Positions 17,899-28,434 of a stretch of 64,000 bases of DNA are shown piece by piece. The notes under the pieces were generated by a model, which was not told the DNA's origin, did not search any database, and saw nothing but the letters and a program-made list of their open reading frames with translations. This DNA is from Acidobacteriota bacterium (lineage in GTDB: Bacteria > Acidobacteriota > Terriglobia > Terriglobales > Acidobacteriaceae). The position numbers and the translations under genes are program-made. Location: contig JAJYBU010000006.1 in assembly GCA_021778845.1 (NCBI GenBank), positions 15,677-79,676 on the forward strand, read 5' to 3'. Position 1 is the stretch's first letter, and the number at the start of each line of letters is the position of its first letter.

Positions 17899-19404
17899 GT
17901 GCGTCTGTCTCTGCCAACTCGAGTTTCGTTGTCGAAGACGTTCGTCTTTGCGTCGATATTTTTTTGTGTCCAACAGATTGAGCACACGGGCTTCTTATTC
18001 AGTCTGCTCTACTTTGCGTTTCTCATCCTGGCAGTGGTCGCCTTCAACGTTGCGGGAGGGTTTACGCGAATTTCGGGGGCGTATATCTTCTGGTACTCGA
18101 CGCTGATCGTTATTTTCGGCGTCACATGGAAGGCTGTGGTGGGAGAAGCGGCTGACTCCAATCTGTATACGCCGTTGCTGGACATCTCGCTGTATACCGC
18201 GAGCATGGTGATGCTGCTGCTGGTGACGCTGCTGAATAAGAAGATAGACTTTCGTTCGATGGGGGTGGGGGGCGGATTCAGCACGGGGGAGTTTAACTAT
18301 ACGGGAGCAGGGCTGGGCTGCCTGATCGTGTGGTATGCGATTATTTATGCCGATATGTTATTCGGGCAGGCGCCGGGAGGGCTTGTCAGCGCGCTCAACC
18401 AGGTGAACGTGTTCGGTCTGCTGGGCCTCATCCTCGGAACGATTGGGGCGATCAAGGATAGTGGGGGACGGCGCTCCACAAACTGGATCACCATCATTGG
18501 ATTTGGCTATTTTGGCTACCTGGGCGTTGCTTCGTTCTCCAAACAGGCGATGTTGACACCCATAATTTGCTGGGTAGTGGGAGCATTTTATTCGCGGCTG
18601 AAGGTGCGTTCTGTCCATGTGGTGGCGGCCGTTGTGATGGTGGTCCTGAGCTTTGGTTTTGTTTCACGGCTGTCGGCTTCGCGTGACCTTGCGGAGGGCC
18701 TGGATTATCCGCAGCGGTTAAGGCTGGTTATCTATTTGACCACGCACTGGTCAGTACTTGAGGCACACGTGAAAGACCACGAGGAAATGAACGCGGAAAA
18801 TGGGGTGGGCGAATGGTATGACACGCCGCAGGGGTCACTCGTCGAACGGTTGAGCATGATTCCTCCTGATGATGCGTTGGTTGCCTATAGCGAAAAAGGA
18901 CACTACGAGGGCATGGCCCCGGTGGAACAGTATTTCAGTAATGTTTTGCCGCATTTTGTGCGCCCCGACAAGCAATCAACCTATAGTGGAAACATGTACG
19001 CCCATGAGATGGGCTATGGTCTCTCCGCAGACGATACCACGACGGGTATTTCGTTCAGCCCAGTCGCGGAGGCATATCACTGCGAGGGTTGGGGTGGAAT
19101 ATTCTGGCTGCTTCCGGTGATCTGGATCATGCTGTTCAGCAGCGTCGACTTTATTGTTGGGGATATGGTCAAGTACCCTTGGGGGATGATGGTGGTGGTT
19201 TGGTTTGCGCATGTCGTTCCTGAGCAACTTCTCCTAGGCATGATTTATTTTCTTGCCTATGGCAACTTTGGCATGCTACTCGCGATCATTGGGGTCACCC
19301 GTATCGCTCCGATTCTGGGAGCGTTGTTCATGGGCAGGACTGTCTCTCCGCCATCGCGGAGGATGGGCCGTGTAGGGCCCATCCTGACTCGGTCGCAAGC
19401 TTGA
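17899..19404 (+). CDS. Polytopic membrane protein (possible Wzy-like polysaccharide polymerase)
   Basis: About 11 TM segments with a large periplasmic loop; surface-polysaccharide gene context; function inferred only. Confidence 0.65.
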   Translation: MRLSLPTRVSLSKTFVFASIFFCVQQIEHTGFLFSLLYFAFLILAVVAFNVAGGFTRISGAYIFWYSTLIVIFGVTWKAVVGEAADSNLYTPLLDISLYTASMVMLLLVTLLNKKIDFRSMGVGGGFSTGEFNYTGAGLGCLIVWYAIIYADMLFGQAPGGLVSALNQVNVFGLLGLILGTIGAIKDSGGRRSTNWITIIGFGYFGYLGVASFSKQAMLTPIICWVVGAFYSRLKVRSVHVVAAVVMVVLSFGFVSRLSASRDLAEGLDYPQRLRLVIYLTTHWSVLEAHVKDHEEMNAENGVGEWYDTPQGSLVERLSMIPPDDALVAYSEKGHYEGMAPVEQYFSNVLPHFVRPDKQSTYSGNMYAHEMGYGLSADDTTTGISFSPVAEAYHCEGWGGIFWLLPVIWIMLFSSVDFIVGDMVKYPWGMMVVVWFAHVVPEQLLLGMIYFLAYGNFGMLLAIIGVTRIAPILGALFMGRTVSPPSRRMGRVGPILTRSQA

Positions 19405-19501
19405 TCCGCAGGGCCTGCAATGTTGGGGAGTACGGTGTGGTGGGCAGCGGTGCGCTACTATGGGAGTTGCTGCAAAACCATGAATCACGCCAGCCTTACC
19501 C

Positions 19502-20608
19502 ATGAATAAACTGATCTTCGGCAATCTCGTACACCGTCCCCTGCGCTCTGTCATCAGCGCCTTCGCAGTCGCCATCGAGGTCATCATGATCCTCTCGGTG
19601 GTGGCCATTTTTTATGGCGTTCTGAACGGAAATCGCGCAGAGACTACGGGGATTGGCATGGATATGATCGTGCATCCTGGTGCTGCGACGGCCATGATGA
19701 TGACCAGTTCGGCTTCTGCGGACGTGCGAGTTGCCAAAGTGCTTGGCGGGTTGCCGCATGTGCAGGTGGTGGCTCCGGTTAACGTTAAGTTTACGCTGGG
19801 CAGTTCTCCTGAGAACATCTTCGGCATTGACTTTCAGAGCTACAACGCTTTGCGTCCCTTTGTGTTTGTCAGCGGCGGACCGTTCAAAGGAGCGGATGAC
19901 CTGATTGTCGATGACCTGCAGGCCGACTCCGGAAAGGGGTTGAAGGTTGGTGACACGGTCAAGGTGCTGAATCACACGTTCACGGTTTGTGGAATTGTGC
20001 AGCACGGCAAGGGGGCACGGAAGTACATTCCACTGGAAACGATGGACGCGCTGGATAATAATCCCGGCAAGGCCTCGCTGTTTTACCTTCGGACGGAGGA
20101 TTCACCGAAGTACCAGGAGGATGTTCGCGGAGAGATTCTGGCCACGGATGGGCTTCAGGACTGGAGCGTTCAGACGAGTCGAGAGTTTCTCTCCATGCTG
20201 ACACCGGATCATATGCCGGGGTTCAACATTGCGTTGAATGTGGTGATCTCGATTGCGACCATCATTGGGTTCCTGGTGATCTTCCAATCGATGTACACGG
20301 CGGTGCTGGAGCGCACGCGGGAGATTGGGATTCTGAAGTCGATGGGCGCGGGACGACTGGCGATCGTATCGGTGGTGCTGCGGGAGACGATGCTGCTGGC
20401 GATTGTGGGGACGTCGTTGGGTGTGGCCGCGACCTATCTGCTGCGTGACGTGCTGAGCGCGCGGTTCCCGACGCTGAGCTTTGAATTGACGTTGCCGTGG
20501 GTCATCAATGCGGTGGTGATTGCTATGGCTGGGGCGCTGCTGGGAGCGTTGTATCCGGCGTTGAAGGCGGCGCGGAAGGATCCGATCGACGCGTTGTCTT
20601 ACGAATAA
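19502..20608 (+). CDS. ABC transporter permease (MacB/FtsX type)
   Basis: MYTAVLERTREIGILKSMGA and LYPALKAARKDPIDALSYE signatures. Confidence 0.92.
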   Translation: MNKLIFGNLVHRPLRSVISAFAVAIEVIMILSVVAIFYGVLNGNRAETTGIGMDMIVHPGAATAMMMTSSASADVRVAKVLGGLPHVQVVAPVNVKFTLGSSPENIFGIDFQSYNALRPFVFVSGGPFKGADDLIVDDLQADSGKGLKVGDTVKVLNHTFTVCGIVQHGKGARKYIPLETMDALDNNPGKASLFYLRTEDSPKYQEDVRGEILATDGLQDWSVQTSREFLSMLTPDHMPGFNIALNVVISIATIIGFLVIFQSMYTAVLERTREIGILKSMGAGRLAIVSVVLRETMLLAIVGTSLGVAATYLLRDVLSARFPTLSFELTLPWVINAVVIAMAGALLGALYPALKAARKDPIDALSYE

Positions 20609-20670
20609 GTGAGTACGCTGCGCTTCGGCAGTTAAGTTCTTTTGCGCCAGAGGCGATACGGCCACAGGGC

Positions 20671-21543
20671 TCATGCTGCATGTTTAGCCGTGGAAGCGGC
20701 CTTGCGATAACCGATGGCGGAAATGATGGCCTCATGGTTGAGGTGGTGCAGCGCCAGGCAGTTGTGCGGAATCGTGTCGATTGCAGCCAGCGACTCCATA
20801 TCAAAAAACATGTAACCGAGATGATGCAGGAAGATACGCACGGCTTCCTGATCCTGATCGCACTCAAACATCAGTGCCGGGTGCGACCGTGAAAGCACTG
20901 TTTCTCCTCCCCGTAGTACTTTCAACTCAGCACCTTCGACATCGATTTTTATGAAGTCCGGAGATCCAGTTGGGTAAAACTCGTCCAGCGTGATAGCCCG
21001 AACACTGACGACGGCGGGAGCCCGGTGGTGATGGAGGGCGATGAAGGAGTCTTCTTCCGTGCGCACCAATGATCCAGTAGCCCCAGTAAGATCGTCCCGG
21101 TAAAACGTTAATGTGCGCGATTCATCTGAAGCCGCTGCTTCCACAAGAGTTACGGATAGCTTCGAGGTCAGAATGGTCTTGCGGATGAGCTTGGCATTGG
21201 AGTCGTCTGGCTCCATCATCGTCACGCTTCCATCGTTCTCTACGGAGCCAAAGATGAACCCGTAGAGGCCAATGTTGGCACCCACGTCGAGGAAGTGCCG
21301 GAATCCACCCTCCTTGATCAGCCAGATAAAGTTCTCCCGCTCGCCCTCTTCGCCTGCTGCTCCTCCGCTAAGGACCCAGCCGAGATTTTTGGAAAAGCTG
21401 ACAAAGACAGGGTGGGAAACCTCCTTGAAGCGAATCGCAATTGGAACGTCCAGGAGGCGTGTTGCTCGTTGAAAGACTTTGAACTGCCTCAAGTAAAAGA
21501 GGGGATGAAATCGGTTTCTAAGAAACAAGATCAGGCGTGTCAT
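20671..21543 (-). CDS. FkbM family methyltransferase
   Basis: FLDVGANIGLY, IKIDVEGAELKVLRG; lower GC than its flanks. Confidence 0.9.
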   Translation of the reverse strand: MTRLILFLRNRFHPLFYLRQFKVFQRATRLLDVPIAIRFKEVSHPVFVSFSKNLGWVLSGGAAGEEGERENFIWLIKEGGFRHFLDVGANIGLYGFIFGSVENDGSVTMMEPDDSNAKLIRKTILTSKLSVTLVEAAASDESRTLTFYRDDLTGATGSLVRTEEDSFIALHHHRAPAVVSVRAITLDEFYPTGSPDFIKIDVEGAELKVLRGGETVLSRSHPALMFECDQDQEAVRIFLHHLGYMFFDMESLAAIDTIPHNCLALHHLNHEAIISAIGYRKAASTAKHAA

Positions 21544-22054
21544 CGTGACAGGTTCCCCTCTTTGCTGGTTGATGGTTCTATGCTGCTATGGGCGGGCTCC
21601 ACATGATTAGAGCCGCGAGAGCCTAGTTTACCAATACGTGCCTGTGGCGTCTTTGACCGCAACCCACTCCACGGAGCCGTTGCTGTGCGTGCGAAGCTCT
21701 GAGCGACCGAGCATTCACAGTATCCGTTTGTGAGCAACTCCGATCTTGGCTTTCAGAATGCTTTGCTCAACATGAAGGGCGGTTCGGTATGCCTGGGTTA
21801 CGATCTGGAGAATCTGCATGCACCGGATCTGCACTACCTGCTGGCGTCGCTGAAAGCGCCATCTTCTTTTAGGAACGGCTTTCATGGCTGGTTCTTGAGC
21901 GTTGCGGGCCATAGCGTCGATTAGGTGCAAGGCCCCAGAGTTTCTATAATGCGAAATCATAGGGTGAATCTCGGGAGAACGGTAGCTCGTGCGGTGTCCA
22001 CGGCTACCGGGTGCTGCTTGAGACGAACTGCAGGCCTGCTGTTTTTCTTCGAGG

Positions 22055-23773
22055 ATGCTGCCCGAACTGCTGATGATGCCTGTTTCCTCCAATACGCCGG
22101 CTGTTGCGGTTCCTGCGCCGAAGCTATCGCCAGCGGCGACAGGATTGATGCGGCGAATGAGTTGGTCGCGGGTGGTTTGGATGGCGCTGCTGGGGGTGTC
22201 GGCGATCTTCTTTGCGCTGCACTTTGTGCATCTGACGGCGGACTTTCCGAATCACTCGCCGTGGATGGACTGGTCGAAGTATACCGACGAGGGTTGGTAT
22301 GGAGATGCGGCGATTCGCCACTACGCGAGCGGGCACTGGTATTGGGCGGGCGACTTCAATCCGGCGGTGGCGCTGCCGGTGTGGCCGGCGGTTGAACTGC
22401 TGGTGTTCAGGTTTACGGGGGTATCGGTGGTGGCGGCGCGTGCGCTGACGGTGTGCGTGTTCGGACTCACACTGATCACGCTGTACGTGCTGATCGAGCG
22501 GCATACGCGGCCGCGGACGAGCGGCTCCGGGCAGCCGCTGGCAGCGGCGATTGCTGTTTTGTTTCTGTGTACGAGCCCGCTGCTGTATGTGTTCGAGCGC
22601 ATGGCGATTCTTGAACCGCTGCTGATTGCTCTGATGGCGTTGGCGTTGCTCGTTGCGTCGACGATGCGGCCGATTCACCTGCATGGACGCGGGGTGCGCT
22701 GGGTTTGGCCGATGCTGCTGCTGGCGGTACTGCTGCCGGCGATGGTGCTGACGAAGACTACGGCGATCTGCTTGTTTCCCGCGATCTTTTATATGGTGTG
22801 GGCGCGGGCAGGGTATCGGGTGCGACCGGCGTTGCGGCTTGCACTGCCGCCGGCGCTGGGCGGTGCTGCACTCTGGTGCGCGTACTTTTTTCTGTTGGTG
22901 CGTCCGCACTATCTGGAGGACTATCGCTATCTTTTCTCTGCGAATGCTTATACGGGGATTGCGCTGGAGCCGGTTGCGAATGTCATCCTGAACACGATTA
23001 CCGATGGCGCGTGGATGGGGGCGCTGATTTATGTGGTCTTCTTTGTGGTGATCGCGCTGGTGTTCTTCTGGCGGCCGCGGTTGCTGGCTAATCCGCTGTT
23101 TCCTTCGCTGCTGCTTTGGATTGGCGGGTACTTTGCGTTCCTGACGTATCACAATAATCTGCAGCCGCGCTATTACCTGGTGGTGGCGGTGCCGATTACG
23201 GTGGTGGTGGCGATGGGGATCGACAGCTTTCGGCAGCGACATGGGCGGAGGACGACGATCGTTGCGTCGGTGCTGGCGGCGACGGTGGTGCTGGCGATTG
23301 CGGTGCCGGATGCGGTCGAGCAAGTGGGGTACGTGCTGCACCCGACGTATGAGTTTGAGGCTGCGGCGCAGGGGATCAAGCGCATTGTGCTGGCGGACAA
23401 GACGCACTCTCACTTGATTCTTTCGATCTCAGGCTCGGACCTGACGCTGATGACGGGGCTGCCTTCGATCGATGATGATTTTGGGACGCTGGACCTGGAT
23501 GTGCGGGTGAAGCAGTATCGGCCGGGGTGGTATGCGTCGTGGAATGATGTGGAAGATGATAAGGCGGATGCGTTGACGCCTCTTTATCAGTTGCAGCGGG
23601 TCGCGGCGTTTCCGGCGTATGACGATCCGGACAGAAACCTGCTGATTCTTTATCGGCTGGATCCGGTGGGGGAGACGAGGCATGCTGCGCGGCGCAGGGC
23701 GAGACGACATATTCCGAAGCCGCTGGTGACGAGTCTTGGACAGCAGCCTAGCAGTGACCAGTTACAGCATTGA
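22055..23773 (+). CDS. GT-C (ArnT/PMT-like, family 39) glycosyltransferase
   Basis: TDEGWY acidic first loop, multiple TMs, TKTT, QPRYYL; exact start uncertain. Confidence 0.75.
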   Translation: MLPELLMMPVSSNTPAVAVPAPKLSPAATGLMRRMSWSRVVWMALLGVSAIFFALHFVHLTADFPNHSPWMDWSKYTDEGWYGDAAIRHYASGHWYWAGDFNPAVALPVWPAVELLVFRFTGVSVVAARALTVCVFGLTLITLYVLIERHTRPRTSGSGQPLAAAIAVLFLCTSPLLYVFERMAILEPLLIALMALALLVASTMRPIHLHGRGVRWVWPMLLLAVLLPAMVLTKTTAICLFPAIFYMVWARAGYRVRPALRLALPPALGGAALWCAYFFLLVRPHYLEDYRYLFSANAYTGIALEPVANVILNTITDGAWMGALIYVVFFVVIALVFFWRPRLLANPLFPSLLLWIGGYFAFLTYHNNLQPRYYLVVAVPITVVVAMGIDSFRQRHGRRTTIVASVLAATVVLAIAVPDAVEQVGYVLHPTYEFEAAAQGIKRIVLADKTHSHLILSISGSDLTLMTGLPSIDDDFGTLDLDVRVKQYRPGWYASWNDVEDDKADALTPLYQLQRVAAFPAYDDPDRNLLILYRLDPVGETRHAARRRARRHIPKPLVTSLGQQPSSDQLQH

Positions 23774-23987
23774 GTGGCGTGGAGTGTGTATGAGCAGGCA
23801 GATCGAGGGGCACAAGACCTGCACGCTCGGGTTCGCATCGGCACATCCTAAAATCGATTTATGCGGTAACATCACATCAGCTTAATCCTGCATTATTTTC
23901 CGAGAAATTCTCGTTGATGTTTCGCGACCTCCCAGGTCATCTTTCAAACAGGTAGCTGGCAACTTGATTTTTCGTGGGTGGTCCCGA

Positions 23988-26852
23988 ATGTCGAAGTTCT
24001 GGTGGGCTGGCTGCGCCCTGACCTTGTGCTGGGTGGCGGTTCCCTTGCACTGTTTTGCTGCGATGGTGGGTGGCGGTCATTACGGGATGGCTATGCGTAC
24101 GGAGCCGGTGGAGCCTGAGGCTGTACCGATGATGGGGGTGCTGAGCGGCACGGTGTCGGACCCTTCGGGCGCGAAGATTGCAGACGCTGCAGTGCATGTG
24201 CAAAGCAACGTCGTAGAGCGGGATACGACGACTGACGACACGGGGCGATTCAGCGTTCCGCTGCCGCCGGGGAACTATGCGGTGACGGTCGATGCGTCGG
24301 GATTCAGAACCTATCACACCAATGTCAGGCTGACGGATCGGGTAGCGAATGCGAGCGTGAGCGTGAGGCTGGAGATAGACGCAAAGCCGGAGGAGATTAC
24401 GGTCGAGTCTGAGCATGAGGAGAGTACAGCGGCAGCTGAGAACAAGAGCGCTCTGGTCTTCAAGGGAGAGCAGTTGAAGGAGTTCTCAGACGACGACAGC
24501 TCGTTTCAGCAGGAGATTCTGGCGATGGCTGGGAGATCGCCGGAGATTATGGTGGACGGATTTTCGAACGGAAGGTTTCCGCCGAAGAATACGATCAGCG
24601 AGATTCGGATCAATCAGAATCCTTACTCGGCGGTGTACGATTCGTTGGGCCTTGGGCGGGTGGAGATCTTCACTAAACCGGGTACGAGCACGCTGCATGG
24701 AGAGTTCACCAGCTCCGGCACCGACAATGTGTTTGACTCGCGTAATCCGTATACGACTGTCGAGCCGCCGTTCCATACGCTGAATCTGGACGGCAATGTG
24801 AGTGGCTCCTTCGACAAGAGAACATCTTTTTTTTTTGGTGGCACGTATAACGATCTGCAGAACAATGCAATCGTCGATGCGACTGACCCGACGCTGCTGA
24901 CGTCGCTGAAGGAGGCGGTGGCGGCGCCGCAGCGGACGCAGACATACAGCGGACGGCTGGAACGCCAGATGACGCCGCATAACACGTTCCGAAGCCGCTA
25001 TGAGTTCAACCGGGTGAGCGTGAACAACAGTGGCGTGGGGCAACTGGTGCTGCCGTCCGAGGGGCTGAATATTAACACCACGACGCAGACGCTGCAGCTT
25101 ACCGACACGCAGGTGATTGGCGCGAAGATTATCACCGAGGCGCACTTTCAGTATGTGCGCACGCGTCTGCAACAGACCCCTGCGAGTACCGGAGCGACGG
25201 TGGTGGTGCAGGGTGTGTTGAACGGCGGCGGTGGCCTGGCGCAGAACCTGATCGACAACCAGGACCACTATGAGTTTCAGGACTTGGTGACGGTCGAGCA
25301 CGGAGCGCACTATATGCGCTTTGGCGGACGCTACCGGTTGCTGCGGGATGCGAACTACTCGCGGTCGAGCTTCAACGGGCAATTCACGTTTCCGGATCTC
25401 GCGACGTACGCGCTCGCGCTGAAGGGGGAGACGCCGGCGCAGATCTTCGCCAATGGCGGCGGTGCGACGCAGTACAACCTTACAACGGGAGAGCCCAGCG
25501 CGGTTGTGCTCGTTGGCGATCTTGGGGTGTTTGCCGAGGATGAGTGGAAGGTAACTCCGAATTTTACGCTTGACTATGGGTTTCGCTTTGAGAGCCAGAC
25601 GGCGGTGCCGGATCATGCCGATCCAGCACCGCGGGTAGGGTTCGCATGGGCGGTCGGCAAGGGGCCGAAGCGGAAGCAGTTGTTTGTGCTGCGGGGCGGC
25701 TTCGGGCTGTTCTACGACAGGTTTGTCTCCACGAATATCCTGACCGCGATCCGGGAGCAGAGTGCCAGTACGCAGCCTTCGTACTATGTGCAGAATCCGG
25801 ACTTCTATCAGCAGTATTTGAGTGCCCCACCGCCGGTGAGCCTGTTGGGTTCGGTGCCGGCGACGCTGTATAACATCGATCCGCATATGCGCACCCAGTA
25901 CGAGGTGACGGCAGGCCTGACCGTGGACCGGAATATTGGCAGGATTGGCAGCGTCAGCGCGACGTACTTCTACATTCGGGGCGATCACCAGTATCTGTCG
26001 CGCAACATTAATGCGCCGCTGCCCGGGACCTATAACCCGGCCAATCCAGGCAGTGGCGTTCGGCCGCTGGGAGGGTCGCAGAATATCTACCAGTTTGGCT
26101 CCGGGGGCATTGCGCAGAACCAGATTCTGTCGGTCAACCTGAACGTGCGACCCAGCAAATGGGTCTCGCTGTTTGCGTTCGAGTTTTACGCCCCGGTGCA
26201 GGATACAGACGCGGCGAGCGCGACCAGCTTCCCGACCAATCAGTATGAGCCGTCAGTGGATTACGGACGGGAGGCGTCTCCGAGTCAGCAATTTTTTGCA
26301 GGCACAACGCTGAAACTGCCCTTCAGATTCAGGGGTAATCTGTTCGGATCAGTACAGAATGGGTCGCCGTTCAACATCACCACGGGAACCGACCTGAATG
26401 GCGATACGATCTTTAATGACCGGGCGGCGTTTGCGACGCATCCGACGGCTAACTCGGTGATCTACAAGACGCCCTTTGGGAGTTTTGACGCGAATCCGCA
26501 ACCGGGTGAGGCGATCATCCCCGTAAATTATGGGAGCTCGCCGAACTTTTACTTTCTCGTGGTGCGCCTGGAACGGGGCTTTCAGATCGGCCCGCGGCCA
26601 GGGGTTCCTGCGCCGGCAGCAGGAGCATTGGCGGCAAAGGGGCCGGTGCCGAAGCCGGATCGTCCCTACAGCCTCACTTTTTCGGTGGAGGCGCAGAATG
26701 TGCTGAATCACGATAACCCGGGCACTCCGGTGGGGGTGCTGGGATCGCCGCTGTTTGGGCAGTCGATCTCGCTCAACAGCCCGTTGTCGCTGGGGAGTGT
26801 CAGCACTTCGGCTAACCGGACGGTAACGTTGCAGTGCAATTTCAGCTTTTGA
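23988..26852 (+). CDS. TonB-dependent receptor-like outer membrane protein with carboxypeptidase-regulatory domain
   Basis: LSGTVSDPSGAKI, EIRINQNPYSAVYD...GRVEIFTKPG, APRVGFAW, terminal FSF. Confidence 0.88.
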   Translation: MSKFWWAGCALTLCWVAVPLHCFAAMVGGGHYGMAMRTEPVEPEAVPMMGVLSGTVSDPSGAKIADAAVHVQSNVVERDTTTDDTGRFSVPLPPGNYAVTVDASGFRTYHTNVRLTDRVANASVSVRLEIDAKPEEITVESEHEESTAAAENKSALVFKGEQLKEFSDDDSSFQQEILAMAGRSPEIMVDGFSNGRFPPKNTISEIRINQNPYSAVYDSLGLGRVEIFTKPGTSTLHGEFTSSGTDNVFDSRNPYTTVEPPFHTLNLDGNVSGSFDKRTSFFFGGTYNDLQNNAIVDATDPTLLTSLKEAVAAPQRTQTYSGRLERQMTPHNTFRSRYEFNRVSVNNSGVGQLVLPSEGLNINTTTQTLQLTDTQVIGAKIITEAHFQYVRTRLQQTPASTGATVVVQGVLNGGGGLAQNLIDNQDHYEFQDLVTVEHGAHYMRFGGRYRLLRDANYSRSSFNGQFTFPDLATYALALKGETPAQIFANGGGATQYNLTTGEPSAVVLVGDLGVFAEDEWKVTPNFTLDYGFRFESQTAVPDHADPAPRVGFAWAVGKGPKRKQLFVLRGGFGLFYDRFVSTNILTAIREQSASTQPSYYVQNPDFYQQYLSAPPPVSLLGSVPATLYNIDPHMRTQYEVTAGLTVDRNIGRIGSVSATYFYIRGDHQYLSRNINAPLPGTYNPANPGSGVRPLGGSQNIYQFGSGGIAQNQILSVNLNVRPSKWVSLFAFEFYAPVQDTDAASATSFPTNQYEPSVDYGREASPSQQFFAGTTLKLPFRFRGNLFGSVQNGSPFNITTGTDLNGDTIFNDRAAFATHPTANSVIYKTPFGSFDANPQPGEAIIPVNYGSSPNFYFLVVRLERGFQIGPRPGVPAPAAGALAAKGPVPKPDRPYSLTFSVEAQNVLNHDNPGTPVGVLGSPLFGQSISLNSPLSLGSVSTSANRTVTLQCNFSF

Positions 26853-26918
26853 GGCAGGAGTAAGGGCTGCGGCTAACGCGGGCGGGGCTGGAAGCCGGGG
26901 GAGTCTCCGATAAAATCG

Positions 26919-26948
26919 TTGACGGCAGAGGGGGCAATCGCATAGTCT
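26919..26948 (+). promoter_or_regulatory. Sigma70-type promoter for rplM-rpsI
   Basis: TTGACG-N18-TAGTCT, about 360 nt upstream of rplM. Confidence 0.55.
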
Positions 26949-27309
26949 AGAGACTCGCGTAGTCTCGCGCCTGCACCTCCGTGTGCCCGTAGTATGGGCG
27001 GCAACGAGGTTTCCGGGAGCCAGACATCGAGGTGAGTCAACTCGGGGCAGGGCAAACTTCTTTTTTGGGGAGGGCGTCGGCCATCGAAGCACCCACTCCC
27101 CAGTCGCTTGCAGTTTGATCCAGCAGCCGATCCGGCAGCCAGATCCAGACGCAGGGGCTCTGTGCGCTCAACCGCAACTCCGGCTTTGGCCTGCGTGGGC
27201 ATCGTGTCTGCGTTGGACCTGCCGCCCAACCGCACGGCTGCAACTCTCTTCGCGCTTCAAGCCGAGCAGTCAGATCTACGAAGACGGCAGAACCAAGGAG
27301 TAACCCCAG

Positions 27310-27756
27310 ATGAACCTCAATCAGACGACAACGATCCCCAGCGGCAAAGATATCCAGCGCAAGTGGTTTGTGGTGGACGCCAGCGGCCAGACCCTGGGAC
27401 GCCTCGCCTCGCACGCGGCCAGCGTTCTGGCGGGCAAGTTGAACCCGCTCTACACGCCGTACATCGATATGGGCGATCACGTCATCGTCATCAACGCCGA
27501 GAAGATCCATGTGACCGGCATCAAGGCTGAGAGCAAGCTCTATCGCCGCTACACCGGCTTCCCCGGCGGACTGCGCGAGGAGGAGTACAGCAAGCTGCTC
27601 GCCCGCCGTCCTGAAAAGATCCTCGAAGAGGCGATCAAGGGCATGCTGCCCAAGAGCAAGCTGGGCCGCCAGATGGCCACCAAGCTCAAGGTGTACAAGG
27701 GTGCCGAGCATCCGCACCATGCACAGCAGCCGACAGCCCTCGAAGTCAAGGGCTAA
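27310..27756 (+). CDS. rplM: 50S ribosomal protein L13
   Basis: RKWFVVDA...LGRLAS...[18 protein letters not shown]...GMLPK...HPHHAQQP. Confidence 0.98.
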   Translation: MNLNQTTTIPSGKDIQRKWFVVDASGQTLGRLASHAASVLAGKLNPLYTPYIDMGDHVIVINAEKIHVTGIKAESKLYRRYTGFPGGLREEEYSKLLARRPEKILEEAIKGMLPKSKLGRQMATKLKVYKGAEHPHHAQQPTALEVKG

Positions 27757-27851
27757 GGGCAGGGATTAGGGGATTGGAAGATCCGATCCCGCGACATTCA
27801 GCGGCAAGAATTTGAGGGGCTTCGGCCCCAGGCTCTACAAGAGGATTCAAC

Positions 27852-28247
27852 ATGGCAGATTTGATTCAGTACTACGGAACCGGACGCCGCAAGAGCGCGA
27901 TCGCACGCGTCTTCCTGCGCCCCGGCTCAGGCAAGTTCACCGTCAACGGCAAGCAATTTGAGGAGTACTTCGTGACCCCGGCGCAGCGCGTCGCGGCAAA
28001 GCTTCCGCTCGGCATTGCGGACATCAACGAGACGTTTGATGTGCTCTCCACCGTCAAGGGCGGCGGCGTCAATGGCCAGGCTGATGCGGTCAAGCTGGGC
28101 ATCGCCCGCGCGCTGATGGAGTTTAACATCGAGCTGCGCAAGACGCTCAAGGCCGGCGGTATGGTCACGCGCGATTCGCGCGGCAAGGAACGCAAGAAGT
28201 ACGGGCAGAAGGGCGCTCGCGCTCGCTTCCAGTTCAGTAAGCGCTAA
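27852..28247 (+). CDS. rpsI: 30S ribosomal protein S9
   Basis: [14 protein letters not shown]...[19 protein letters not shown]. Confidence 0.98.
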   Translation: MADLIQYYGTGRRKSAIARVFLRPGSGKFTVNGKQFEEYFVTPAQRVAAKLPLGIADINETFDVLSTVKGGGVNGQADAVKLGIARALMEFNIELRKTLKAGGMVTRDSRGKERKKYGQKGARARFQFSKR

Positions 28248-28257
28248 CCGCTTCCAG

Positions 28258-28327
28258 GGAGTAGAGAGCAAGGAGTAAGGAGCAGAGGGTTTTGGTTTTC
28301 TGCTTCTTACTCTCTACTTCTTATTTC
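28258..28327. repeat. Heptamer tandem repeat with inverted counterpart (hairpin)
   Basis: GGAGTAG AGAGCAA GGAGTAA GGAGCAG ... CTGCTTC TTACTCT CTACTTC TTATTTC. Confidence 0.75.
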
Positions 28328-28434
28328 ACTCGCATCACCCGCTGGCAACGTGCTGGCGGCAGGAACTCAATCTCCCTTCGGGGATCTCAATCGCTTCACG
28401 TCGCAGCGCAAGCGATGCCACACAAGGAGCCTCT

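Noticed and set aside
21540-22092. Short ORFs beside FkbM (21540-21737, 21730-21924, 21715-22092)
   Set aside because: No RBS, motif or codon-bias support; treated as intergenic or decayed DNA.
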